From positions 6,698,001 through 6,762,000 of the forward strand of contig CM052818.1 in NCBI GenBank assembly GCA_028534125.1: a DNA stretch of 64,000 bases, in the 5' to 3' direction. Made by a program: the position numbers and the translations under genes. Below, piece by piece: positions 13,861-25,611 of the stretch. The DNA comes from Lama glama. Its lineage: Eukaryota. Under the pieces are notes generated by a model, which did no database searches, was not told the origin of the DNA, and saw nothing but the letters and a program-made list of their open reading frames with translations. Position 1 is the first letter of the stretch. The number at the start of each line of letters is the position of its first letter.

Positions 13861-14078
13861 TTTTTTTTAATTGAAGTATATAGTCAGTTTACATTGTTGT
13901 ATCAATTTTTGATGTACAGCATAATGTTTCAGTCATACATATACATACATATATTCCTTTTCATATTCTTTTTCATTATAGGTTACTACAAGATACTGAA
14001 TACAGCTTGATATAGTTCTCTGGGCTATACAGTATAACTTGTTTATCTATTTTATATACAATAGTATCTGCAAGTCTC
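13861..14078 (-). mobile_element. L1 3'-end fragment (artiodactyl/camelid type)
   Basis: Poly-T followed by the reverse complement of the same L1 3' UTR seen at 47.0-47.3 kb. Confidence 0.8.
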
Positions 14079-15523
14079 ATTAATAGGTTTTAATAGCCTA
14101 ATAATATTTTCAACAAAAATTTTTTTGGTCAGAACATGCATTATCTATAACTTGCTTAAGCATTATTTTACCATTGTCCCATTCCTGAATAGGCTGTCTC
14201 CCTCTTTCTAATACAAACTTGAATATACTAAATATGTAACTGATTTATCTTTGAATACATTTATTCAAACCACTTGAAGTTGAAGCTAATATAATTCACC
14301 TTTCCTTGACTGATGCTGTAAGTTTCATAAAAATCAAACGGTGCCTTTTGAGGTTGCATTCTTTTAAACAAGAGACTTTGCATTGCAAAAAGGAGGAATC
14401 CACAATATTAATTCAAAAATACTCCCAGCAATATCAACTAAAGCAGAGATTTATGTATTTTATTTTTCAAACAGACCTTCCCATCCAATCTCACCTCATT
14501 TCCTTCCATTCCCACCAGGTTACATCCTGGCCCTTTCCTGTACACATCTGATCATTTCCAGTGCCACCCTCTTTTGTCACTGGATTGTCCATTTTTTCCA
14601 CTTCAATTCCTAAGGATTCTTTAAAGCTCATCTAGTTCTTACCTTTCCATTTATACCCTTCCTGACTACTCTCACCTCCAGCCCAAACGCCATAACTTCA
14701 GTTATTCCCCTCAATTCTGTTTGCAAAATGTAGCCAAACATACCTTCCTGAGTCACTGTCACTTCTCTTATTCACAAACTCCCCTGGCTCCAAATGTTGC
14801 TTCTTACTTTTTCTGATTTAACTGGTAGCACTAGCCACCTTGTTCAGAAGGAGAATTTTTCCACAGCTTAGAATTCTTTTGATTAATGCTACTGGACTAT
14901 CATTTCTTAAAATTAAGAATTCAACAGTTAAACAAAAATAGCTAAATATCAGCAATTAAGAGAGGATATCTTCTCCTTGGACAGAAATGAATTTATGAAT
15001 ATTGCTTAAAAAATCTTTTAAGGTCAATTTTACTCAGACATAATTAAAACAAAAATTCATTTCAGCAGAAGGGTCTCATCCTCACCCCCTAAATGGAACT
15101 ATTATCACCCATTTCAAAGCTTAGATTCAAAAATTTTAATAGCTATTTTTCCAAAGTATTTTCTCAAATAACTTCTAAATTTTATTTTAAAAAGATGGAA
15201 CAAAATCGTCTAGATGCAGACACGCACTAATTACTCACAGGTGGACTATAATTGCCTTAAGGGCAAGGAGACCACATGAAGCTTACCGACTAATCACTGC
15301 CGCACCCTTTCACTGAACAGAACGCGAGGCACGTGCCACACTTAGTGGATGAATAGAAGCGTCTTTAAAAATTTAATTCCTCCAAGTAAGTACATTCCTA
15401 GTATCTATCTGTAGTACTAAAGACAGTTTAAAAACCCAGTATGTATTCTGACAAGATGATTTTTACTCATCCATTTGTAGAATCAGATGGATCACCATAA
15501 TATTAAAGTTTGCTTTCTAAGGA

Positions 15524-15696
15524 CAACTGACCCTTGAACAACTCAGGGATTAATCTGCATTTAACTTATAGTTGGCCCTCCCCCTCCCCAGATTCAACCA
15601 ACCACGGACCACGTAGTACCGTAGTATTATTCACTGATGAAAAATATCCGTGTATAAGTGGACCCATGCAGTTCAAACCTGTTCAGGGGTCAGCGG
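15524..15696. mobile_element. Tigger-family (TcMar) MITE, Tigger2a/MER8-like
   Basis: Terminal inverted repeat (TIR) CAACTGACCCTTGAACA ... GTTCAGGGGTCAGCGG; internal AGTGGACCCATGCAGTTCAAACC. Confidence 0.75.
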
Positions 15697-15830
15697 CACA
15701 CAGTCATACGCACTGCTTAAGTACTCGGGCCTGAGACTTAACTCAGCTGTCATCTCCTTCAGAAACTTTTTGATGTGCTGCATCAATATCTGCATCTTTT
15801 CCCAACCAGACTCTGAGTTCTTGAGGGCAT

Positions 15831-15925
15831 TTTTTTCTTTTTTAATGGAGACACTGGGGATTGAGCCCAGCATCCCATGCATGCTTAGCATGTGCTCTAC
15901 CACTGAGCTATACCCTCCCTCAACC
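15831..15925 (-). mobile_element. tRNA-derived camelid SINE (Vic-1 type, short tail)
   Basis: Reverse complement GGGAGGGTATAGCTCAGTGGTAGAGCACATGCTAAGCATGC...; perfect 11-bp TSD CTTGAGGGCAT at 15820-15830 and 15926-15936. Confidence 0.9.
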
Positions 15926-16561
15926 CTTGAGGGCATCTGTACATTTTAAATGCCTAACAGAGTCTGTGGCACATATTTGACGGTTCCTTAAGTTCTCAAG
16001 AAGACTATCAGGATATAGAGAGTTCTCCCCAAGTGGCTAATATTTTATTCCAAGTAGACAGGGAGGCAGTCACTAATGGCAAGCAGTACCAAGAAAACAT
16101 GGTAGGTCTCCTCCATTAAGTCCACCTCAAAAGTTAGGAAGGCACACCCAAATGTCTGCCTTTTCTTTTGTATTTAATCTACTATGTATTTGGCAAGCAT
16201 GATTTTACAGCAAGCTTACTGGCTATTTTTTTTTTAACTCTGCCAATTCTGAGGGCAGATTCCATGTTTATTCTCCACTTTATAAAATGTTTTCACTTTA
16301 AATAGCCTAAAAGAGAGAATCTCCTACTTTAAAAAAAAAATGAGAATTTTTACCTTTTAAGTCCTTCACTGTTTAGTAAAGAAAATAAAAATATTTATCT
16401 TTCATTTGACACATTTTAGAAATTGTAAAAATATTTGAATAAAATATATAAATACTATGCTCTTCTGGGATTTACAACTTATTGAAAAATCAAATTTCTC
16501 TCACATAAAACACATTTAATAAATGTTGAATGGATGATTCTAAAAGTTAAGCTTTACCTAC

Positions 16562-16634
16562 CTTGAGCATACAAAGTCAGAACTGCCTGGATGGCTACAT
16601 ACACGCCAGAAAACTGGTAAGTTTCAAACATTAC
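16562..16634 (-). CDS. ACTR2: ACTR2 coding exon 4 ([24 protein letters not shown])
   Basis: Translation matches Arp2; AG at 16636-16635, GTAGGT donor from 16561; 73 nt. Confidence 0.98.
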
Positions 16635-17459
16635 CTGAAAATGCAAAAGGAAAGGGAAAAAAAATTGGCATTTAGAAGTTACATAATAAATAGTTATATG
16701 CTTTCTTCATGGTCAGAGTGGATTAGTTGCCAAAATAAAAGGACCCCAAAGAGTCCTCCACTCTCTTCAGTTCTTTGTGCCTTTATTAAAGTCTTGCTGC
16801 CATAGAGCTCCAATTTTGGGGACAGATTTCTGAACACACACTGAGCCCCCAAGCATTTCAAAAGTGCTACAAAAGCAAAGATTTCTGAGTATTTTAGTTA
16901 ATAGCTGATTAGAGTATAAGAAAGTTCCTGCTTTTGAACAAGCCTTTCTCAACTGATGTCCCTTAAGGCAAATATCTTTTAATTCAAAGACAAACTACAG
17001 AAATTGTTTAACTGCTGACCCTCCCATCCCTCTCCCTCAACCTGGGCAAAGATTGTGGCTCTACTTCCAGCAGTTGAAAAAAAAAAAAAAGTAGTAAAAG
17101 GGTACTGCGGAAAATCAAACAGAAAACAAGGCAGTAATTCCTGAATGCTGGCACACATAAAAACTGCTCAGCTGCTGGGCCTGCCCTCCCTACTGAAGCC
17201 AAGGCTGCGGCTCCACCCTCAGCTGAAGTACACTGGAGAGAGGGGTTCCCTCACGCCCTCACCGGTCAATCATGCTCAATCATGCTCGTTCTCTGTAGTG
17301 CAGGCTGACTGGGAACATCCTCTAGGATTTAGATCCTGCAGAATACAGATTCTGTCATCTACACTGAGAACTCCTTAACTGGCAGTGCTTACTACCACTA
17401 TGAATATCTAGATATTTAGAAATTTTACAACTGACCACAATGAGAGTTATATAGAATTC

Positions 17460-17562
17460 ATCTTATTTATACATTCATTTTAAAATGGAGATTCTGGGAA
17501 TTGAACCCAGGACCTTGTGCATGCTAAGCACATGCTCTACTGCTGAGCTGTACCCTCCCCCC
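17460..17562 (-). mobile_element. tRNA-derived camelid SINE (Vic-1 type, short tail)
   Basis: Reverse-complement tRNA-like head with GGTTCAATTCCC B box; TSD TAyATAGAATT at 17448-17458 and 17563-17573. Confidence 0.85.
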
Positions 17563-17690
17563 TACATAGAATTTAAATTTTAAATGAAACACATACTCAT
17601 CAATTAAGCAACTAGATATTCTCGTTAGTATTCTAGTCCATCATCCTTTATTCTCCCCCACAGGGATGAAAATGGAAGAGTGATGCTATA

Positions 17691-17923
17691 CAGCTGACCC
17701 CTGAATAACAGAGGTTTGAACTGAGCAGGTCCTCCTAATCAGATTTTTTTCAACAAATACATACTACACCACTGTGCCATCCGAGGTTGGCTGAATCCAG
17801 GGATGCAGAACCTCGAAGATGGAGGGCTGACTATAAAGTTGTAGTTTTCACCTGGGCAAATTTTCACCTGAGGGTGGAACACTGGTGCCCCTAATCACCC
17901 CTCCACTGTCTGAAGGTCAACTG
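17691..17923. mobile_element. Tigger-family (TcMar) MITE, inverted relative to the 15.5 kb copy
   Basis: TA-CAGCTGACCCCTGAA ... TGAAGGTCAACTG-TA: TIRs with TA target duplication. Confidence 0.8.
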
Positions 17924-18779
17924 TATTTGCATTTATCAACTTGAAAGTCTGCTAAAATTTGTTTTTATTTGTAAGAATGTTAAAAAGTATCTGGAGTTCT
18001 AAAACAAAGTATTAAACAACGATGAGACCTTAGCATGTAGTAAGACCAATTCTTGTCATTTTGGCAGATTAAAAAGAATGTGTCCTAGTCAAATAGCTAG
18101 TTAGTGGAAGAGGCACCCAGGTATATCATCTCCCTAACTTTTCATTTGGAAAAAAAACTTGATTTTCACTCTGGTATTGCATTACTCTCCTAAAGTGGTT
18201 TCCTTGTGTAGCAACCTTTTGGTTTAATGCAAAAATATCTCTGCACTCTGATTTTGTAATGTACTGCTAAAAATAAACAGCAATTACAAATGACTACTTA
18301 TCCATCACAAAGTATTAGTGATTATAAATCACTTAGAAAATGTAAAATGTAATTACAATATGAACTAATACAATAAAGCCCATCTTTCCTAGTTTAAGGG
18401 GTGGTTAGGAGGAAAGAAGTAATAGAATATGGATCATAAGAAATGATATGGTTTCTGTAACTAAAACCATGATCTCAAACTTTTAAAACTTAATACAAAA
18501 ACTGAGCTTCAATCTAGACTTTCAAAATATTGTCTAACAATAATCTCTTCAAAATCTCTTCCAAAATTTCCATCAACATCTAAACACAGTCACAAAGTAA
18601 TAGAAAACATTTACATTAAGTAGTACCTGGAAAGCTACTACAATACAAAGCAGTTGAAAGTTTCCACCTCATATATCACAAAATCAAAGACAACCTTAAA
18701 AAGTTATCTATCTCAACTATTAAGAACATAGACTTCTTCCTCTCTGTAACTGCCTACCTCATTACCTCTTTCCCTAGCC

Positions 18780-19780
18780 GTCCTATCCCTGGGTTAGCCT
18801 TCTCACCACTGTCTACTCTCTGGTGACCCATATTATCCACATCCTCATGACTCCCAAGTTCATATCTCCAGCCTCAGAATTTTCTCCTGCACTTGATCTT
18901 ACACACACACACACACACACACACACCCCTTCTACTTGGCATCTTTGCTTGGATGTCAAAAAAGGTCTACCATGTCCAAAACTGAACTCCTGATCCATTT
19001 CCCTCCCAAATCCCGTTCCACCATCTCCAGTTGCTCAAGATAAAACCTTTGTAGCTATCTCTCTATTATCCACATCTAAGGAATCAATATTTTCTGGCCT
19101 TACTTTCCAAACAGAGCCACAACGCGGCCACTTCTCACTGCCTTCTCTGTTTTCACCCCTAATCCAACATTATCTGCCTAGATAACTAAAAAAGTTTCCA
19201 AACTGGTCTCCCTTCCACCCTTGCCTCCTTATGTTCTACACTCAACACAGCAGTCACAGAAACCCTGTATCAGCATGTCCCTTTCCTGTGTCACTCAGAG
19301 TTTTAAGTCTAACTCCTTATGAGGGTGTACAAGGACCTAGATGATCTGGTCCCATTACTTTTCCCACCTCATCTCCTGTTGCTCTCCCATACTGGCTTCA
19401 GTGCTGACTCTGTAATATGCCAGGCTTTTTCCCATTTTAAGACCTTCGCACTGGCTACTCCCTTTGCCTGGAATGTTCTGTCCCCATATATTCTGGCTAA
19501 CTCCCCCACTCTGTCTTTGTTTAAACATCACCTTCTCATGGACACGTACTACCACACCCTACGAAAACTGCAATTCTGTCCCCCTTAATCTACGTTCTTT
19601 CCCCCCCTTTAGCATCTATTATCTTCTAACAAACCAGTTAACTCACTTCTTGGAGGGGGGGGTCAGTTTTCCCCTGCTAGAGGGTAAGCTCCATGGCAGC
19701 AGGATTTTGTTTTGTTTACTGACATATTCTATTCATAAATAACAACTAGCATATAGCTAGGTGTTCAATAAATAGGATCT
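18780..19780 (+). mobile_element. LINE-2 fragment containing an (AC)13 microsatellite at 18901-18926
   Basis: L2 motifs (CATGTCCAAAACTGAACTCCTGAT, CCTTTGCCTGGAATGTTCT, GTAAGCTCCATG, GTGTTCAATAAATA). Confidence 0.75.
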
Positions 19781-19903
19781 GGGAGAAGATAACAACATTT
19801 ATTCCCTTTATTCTTAAGAACAATGGTAAGATAAAAGGAAGAACATCAGCTTTAACATCACATCACAGAGACACACATATGCACATCCCATCTGAACACT
19901 TAC

Positions 19904-20119
19904 CTCTACTATCTTCTCTCTGTTTTTGGTTGGGTTCATAGGAGGTTCTGTGAGTAAGATTTTACAATTCCTGGTATCTATGTTAAGCTTCTCTGGTCCA
20001 AATGTATAGTCCCACAGGTGTTTCATGTCATCCCAATTTCGTACTATGCCATTTTCCATAGGGTAGTTAACTTCTAACATTGAGCGTAATTCACTTGCTT
20101 CATCACCAACCATAAGATC
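19904..20119 (-). CDS. ACTR2: ACTR2 coding exon 3 ([72 protein letters not shown])
   Basis: ORF 19814..20113 overlaps; AG at 20121-20120, GTAAGT donor from 19903; 216 nt. Confidence 0.99.
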
Positions 20120-23100
20120 CTAGAAAATTATAATATTAAAGCTTTAGACCAAAATTTTGCATAAAATACCTTCAGAAAATTATCCTCCCATGATACTTCG
20201 GAAAACTTGGGAATAATTAATTTTAATCTTTCTGGCACTTTCAGATAAAAGCTCTTCATTCCACAAGTTAAAAAGATAATTTTTTTTCATGAACAATGCC
20301 TTGTAAAGCTTAATCGTGAATAATAAATTTTTATGTACAACGTGGTTTAAATCAATAAATTGACCTTACCTTTAATACATATGTTTCCAAAAGAAGGGGC
20401 ATTAGCACAAATAAACCCCATATTTTCATATTTTGAAGGGTTTTGTATGAGGTTTCATCTGTTTCTTTTGCTCAAATGTTCAAAAAATAAGGCCTGTGAT
20501 ATGTGAAATAGCACATCAGGGAAAAAAAACTTGTAGAAAGATGCTCAATGCATGCAGCACACTTCTTTGTACTATTATTTATCAAAATGATAAATGTAAG
20601 TACTATAAAGCATAATGAGAAGCAAAAAATAAAATGATTTTTATTATACTATAATAATGGATATTTGCACCACATAAATTGTAAATTTCACAAACTTCTA
20701 TCTACATATGCCTAAATCAGAACTGAAATGAAGTTTCTATATATGCCTCACCAAGATGAATGAGAAGTTGTAGAGATACAAAAAATTAAGACATAGAGAG
20801 GTCATTCTTCTTTAAAATTATCTCATGAGCAACATTTTCAATCTTAAAGTATAATACTGGAAAACTATGCTGTCACACATGAAGCAGAATACTCACAAGT
20901 CTTGTCTTCAATGAGAGCATACTTAAGATGGCCCATATTTGAAAAGTCAAATTTATATACATAAGGCTAATGATGTCCCAGAATTTAAACTTATTTTAGA
21001 AATCAACTAGTCAAAATATTAAATAATCCTGACTTCTACATATACTGATAAATTCAATTAAAAAAACCCCTAGTATCAGAAATAGCTACAATTTGCTACA
21101 ACACCTTAAGATGTTTTAAAACAGAGGTTTAAATATATATATATATGAGTTCAAAACTTTTAAAAATAACAATTAAAAAAAAAAACCTAAGAAGTAAACC
21201 AGGGTGAGGACCCTGTTTAAAAAAAAAAAAACAAAAAAACCCACAGATTTCTGGAAAATCTACTAAAAGCCACAACAAAAAGGAAAAACAAAGTTAAAGC
21301 AGATGCTAGAAATGTTCACTAAAATTTTTCTGTTGGAACTAATTTCTTATAAAGTTTTATAATTCACCATAACTTAATACTCAAATTTCTTAATTATCAA
21401 CTATTTAGAATCATCTGATAGGAAAATGCAAAACTAAAAATCTGTATTTGTGAACTCTAGTCAATGACATGCATATGTTGAATTACTTAGGGAGAAGTAT
21501 ACTGATAATTTCAAATACATCAAAAAACAAGATACACTGATGGATTGATGGATGGATAGATGAATAGATAAGTGACATATCAGTACAGCAAATATTAATG
21601 TCAGAATCTAGGTGATGGATGTATAGGCTTCACTGTAAAATTCCTTCAGCTTTGCTGTACATTCTAAATACTTCCTAATAAAATGTTAGGGGGAGGATAC
21701 TATACCTCCAAGTACATATATCCCTTTTAGCCATGAATATAATTAAATACACAATTTTGTTCATTTCTTCCAGAATATATCTTTGTGCTGTACAAGGTAA
21801 TAACAGATTGGACAATTAGATGGTTTATATCATCGATATACATTCACAACTATATTTCAACAAATTCAGTATGATTTGTTGATTTACACTGGTCTGATTT
21901 CATCAGAATATTTAGTTTTTATTCCATGCAATAGGGGCTTACATATGTCCGATCCAATGCCAATTCAAAATAAAAGCCTCTACTTCTAAGACATACATAC
22001 TATAAAGAATTAACTTAAAGAAACATCTGGCATTGAGTTCTTACCATCCTTCTGAACAAAGAGGATATTTAAAGTGGAAGAAAACAAGTATTAACTTATC
22101 AGATTAGTGCAAATATTCTTGAGTAGATCAAGCTACCTAATTCAAAAATTTATCCCTATCTAAAATTTTAATTTAAAAACTCCTAAAACATACAATTTTC
22201 CCTAGAACATTTCAACTTCCAAAACCCCAAAATGCTAAGAGCTTTATGTAACTTGTAACCGTCTCTAAGAAAATTATAAGTGCCCAGATCAGGCCTTAAG
22301 TTTTTTTACCACCCACCTTATCACCAGACCTCAAGCCTAAACCATCACCTATTACCTGGAAGAGTGAAAAATTACAGTAACTGTCTGAGATGCTGTTTTA
22401 AAGGTATTTACACTTTATGAAAAGCAGGCAGTGTAGATGAGATTTGCCAAGAATCATTCTGAATAAAGTCAACTCAAATTGGAAAATAGAGCAAACATAC
22501 TTTAAAACCACAATTAAATTCCTGAAACAAAATTTCATAAAAAAAATCAAATTAAGCCCACACTGTTCTCTACAAGTACACTTTTTTCTTAATCTCCTTA
22601 GGACTTTAAGCCAAATGCAGGATCTTTTATTTAGAATAAATATAGGAATTTCCACTTTTAAGTGTTTTTGTTTATCCAAAAGAAAACTTCACAAAGTTAC
22701 TGCTACTAGTTAAAATATGTATCACTAGAAATGCCTGATATTCATCTTTGTCAAAGATGCTTACAAATAATATTAAAAAGAAACTTGGAAATATCTACTA
22801 TAGAAGTACTTAGACTGTCAGAAAAATACAGTAAGAGTCAACTGTCTGGCATGAAGTAAGCCTCTAGTTCGAAAGAAAAAGGCGCCACAAAATGGTATTT
22901 ATTTAGAGGGAAAATTTGTTGTTTATGGAAAAGTCTTAGAAGACTTTCACCTTTTTCTTAACTTATCCTCAGATAATGTAAAATCTACTCATTGATAAGG
23001 ATTATACAGGAAACGAGTCAATCTCTTTTTCTAACCCTTTACTATCTACAGTTCATTTGCACATTAAAATTTTACTCAGCTTATTAAGTACACATATGAT

Positions 23101-23551
23101 ACTGTACTGGATGCAAGTATATATACAGGCTATGATAGGCAATGTTCTAATTTCATGTTGGTCAATACGATTTATCCAAATATAACACCTTCGCCCCAAT
23201 TTTTTGGATCACACAAATCCTAAATAAAGCCACTTGTTTCCTAATATAATTCACACCACATTCCATTTTAATTGCAACATTCATCTACAAAAACACAAGA
23301 AAAACAATTCAAAACTATGTTAGTAATTAGTTCTGGTTTGGTCCATTGTATGCAATCAGGAAAGTATAAGACTTAATTAGTTGCTACCAAATTGAAGCAG
23401 TGAAAAAGGTTAAAAAACAAAATAATTAAAATTAAAATTAAAATATGGAATTACCCCCCTCCCCAATACTACAGGGACACAAAACAACAACTACTGTCCC
23501 ACCAAGCAAAAGTGGAAAACAAACAGAGAGCATGTGTGTAACCTCACTTAC

Positions 23552-23566
23552 CATCTTTTTGTTATT
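23552..23566 (-). CDS. ACTR2: ACTR2 alternative 15-nt microexon (NNKKM), giving the 399-aa isoform
   Basis: Minus strand reads a long polypyrimidine tract, then ...gttgaagtag|AATAACAAAAAGATG|gtaagtga; phase 0-0 between exons 2 and 3; matches the NNKKM insert I recall in the longer human ARP2 isoform. Confidence 0.9.
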
Positions 23567-25500
23567 CTACTTCAACAGGTCAAGAAAGGTGAAGAGAGAG
23601 AAGGTAGAAGTAAGAGTCAGAAAAGGCCTAATAAAATCCTCACTGAAATTTTTAAACATACAAGCAATAGAGACAAATTAGGTCGAGATCAGATGCAGTA
23701 CTACTACAGTTTACGGAGTTAATAATTAGGGCCAGCTTAACATGGACAGTTATTATGCCTGAATGAAAATTAACTTATTAAACAATTTAAATTTCCAGTT
23801 TTTAGTCTACCACATTTTAGCTAGCAAAACAACACAAAAAGTATAAGTCAATCCACTAGGCATAGTAATTCCAAAAATAAAATTTAATTCATTACTGAAT
23901 TTAAAAACCTTAATTAAGGAAAATAAATAGCAGAAAAGGCCTAGCTGAATAGGTAAAGGGTATTTAGAGTTGATCTTCCAAGCTCTAGCAATCAAGTTAA
24001 ATTTGACACAGGTCTCTTTTCTTTCACCATTTTCTACTCAAAGAACAAATTAACTTGAAAGACTTAAAAGATTAAGCAGGTTGAACAGAAGTAAGCCAAC
24101 TGAACATAGAATGACAAACTGTACAAGCAAATGTTACTGGGGAATTCCTTAGCAAAAATGTCTTTGAGAGTATCACCTGGTTTCATTTCTATCACTTGGC
24201 CTTAAAAAGTAAGAAAGTTGGAGTGAAAAAGATAGGTAATTATTTGCGACTATGCTGGACAATAAAAATGGCTGTATGTGATGCATCTTAATACCTCAAA
24301 ATGTTATTATCCATAAAATGTATTAAAAAGCCATTCTTCTTTAAAAGCCTGATCCTGAATAAAAAACCCTAAAAAAATAAATAAATAAAAACAAAACACA
24401 AAAACTCTCATACTGAAAGTCCTTTCTGATTATAATACAACAGAGCCCAGAATCATTCACTCTTTTAGGTCTTTAAAACATTAACACAGAACCTTTCAGT
24501 TTGTGTTTTTATTCATTGTGTAACCCAAGTCTCTAGTCCTAACAGCAGAGAGCTACCAAGTAGCAAATCTCTACCCCCTATTACCTTTCTAGACACCTGA
24601 AACAAATGTCCCAAAGAGGTACACCCTAACTCATAATCTAACAATTCAATCAAGTCTTGCCAAAGACCGTCCAGATAGGATCAACAATGCTAACTTGTTC
24701 ACAAATAATTCTGTTAAAGGGCCCCTAAATTCCACTGCCTTTTGTATACCTGATCCCTAGGCCACCTGAGGAATTTAAGTCAACTGGTGACCACTGCTCT
24801 TTCGATTGGCTTTTTTTTTTCTGTCTAAAATATTGTAACTCCCACTTGATTTCCAATTGATCTAATAGAAGAGAAAAATCTATTATCCTTACTGTCCGAT
24901 CTCTCACACTGAGTACAGTGCATAGGCAATAACAACGTTCCCCCAACTCCTGGTGGGAAGAGAAGTAATACAAGGCCAAATAAAGACTTGCACAGCTTCC
25001 TCCGCACACTATGGAAATCAGTTATATTGGTGAAAAAAGGAACCAGTAAGATTTACATCCTGTGTCTTCCTGACTAGCTTTATAAAAATGTAGGGGGATC
25101 TGGCTATGAGAATATGGAAAGGGAAAGTCTTAGGTCCCAAAGAGACATTAACATAGAATGACAAATATGTGGAACTGAAAGACATAAAAATACCAGGCTG
25201 ATTTCTTTTAAAAATTATACTACATAATAGGACTTTAAGTCACTAACATAGTATTCACATCAACATAAAAATCTTACTACATATTTTACTCCATTCAGAG
25301 AGAAATGGCATCAAGCCATACTTAAAGTCAGATGAAATTAACTTCAGTTTTTGTGCCTTTCTTCAGTGTTGATAAAAATTAAGAGCATAAGAAGTTCTGC
25401 CCTCCTCCTTTGCTTTTCAAGGCATCACATTTTAAAACTACTTAATTCAAAGAACATCTCACAGGTTTTGATCCTCATTTATCAATAAATAAATTATTAC

Positions 25501-25611
25501 CTTGATTTCAATGTTTCCCACTTTGGTGGTTGATCTGATAATAGGTCTTCCAACCAAAGCTGGGAAGATGTGTTCTGGAAAGTTAGAGCCTGCATAGCCA
25601 CACTTCACAAA
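25501..25611 (-). CDS. ACTR2: ACTR2 coding exon 2 ([37 protein letters not shown])
   Basis: ORF 25459..25698 overlaps; AG at 25613-25612, GTAATA donor from 25500; 111 nt. Confidence 0.99.
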
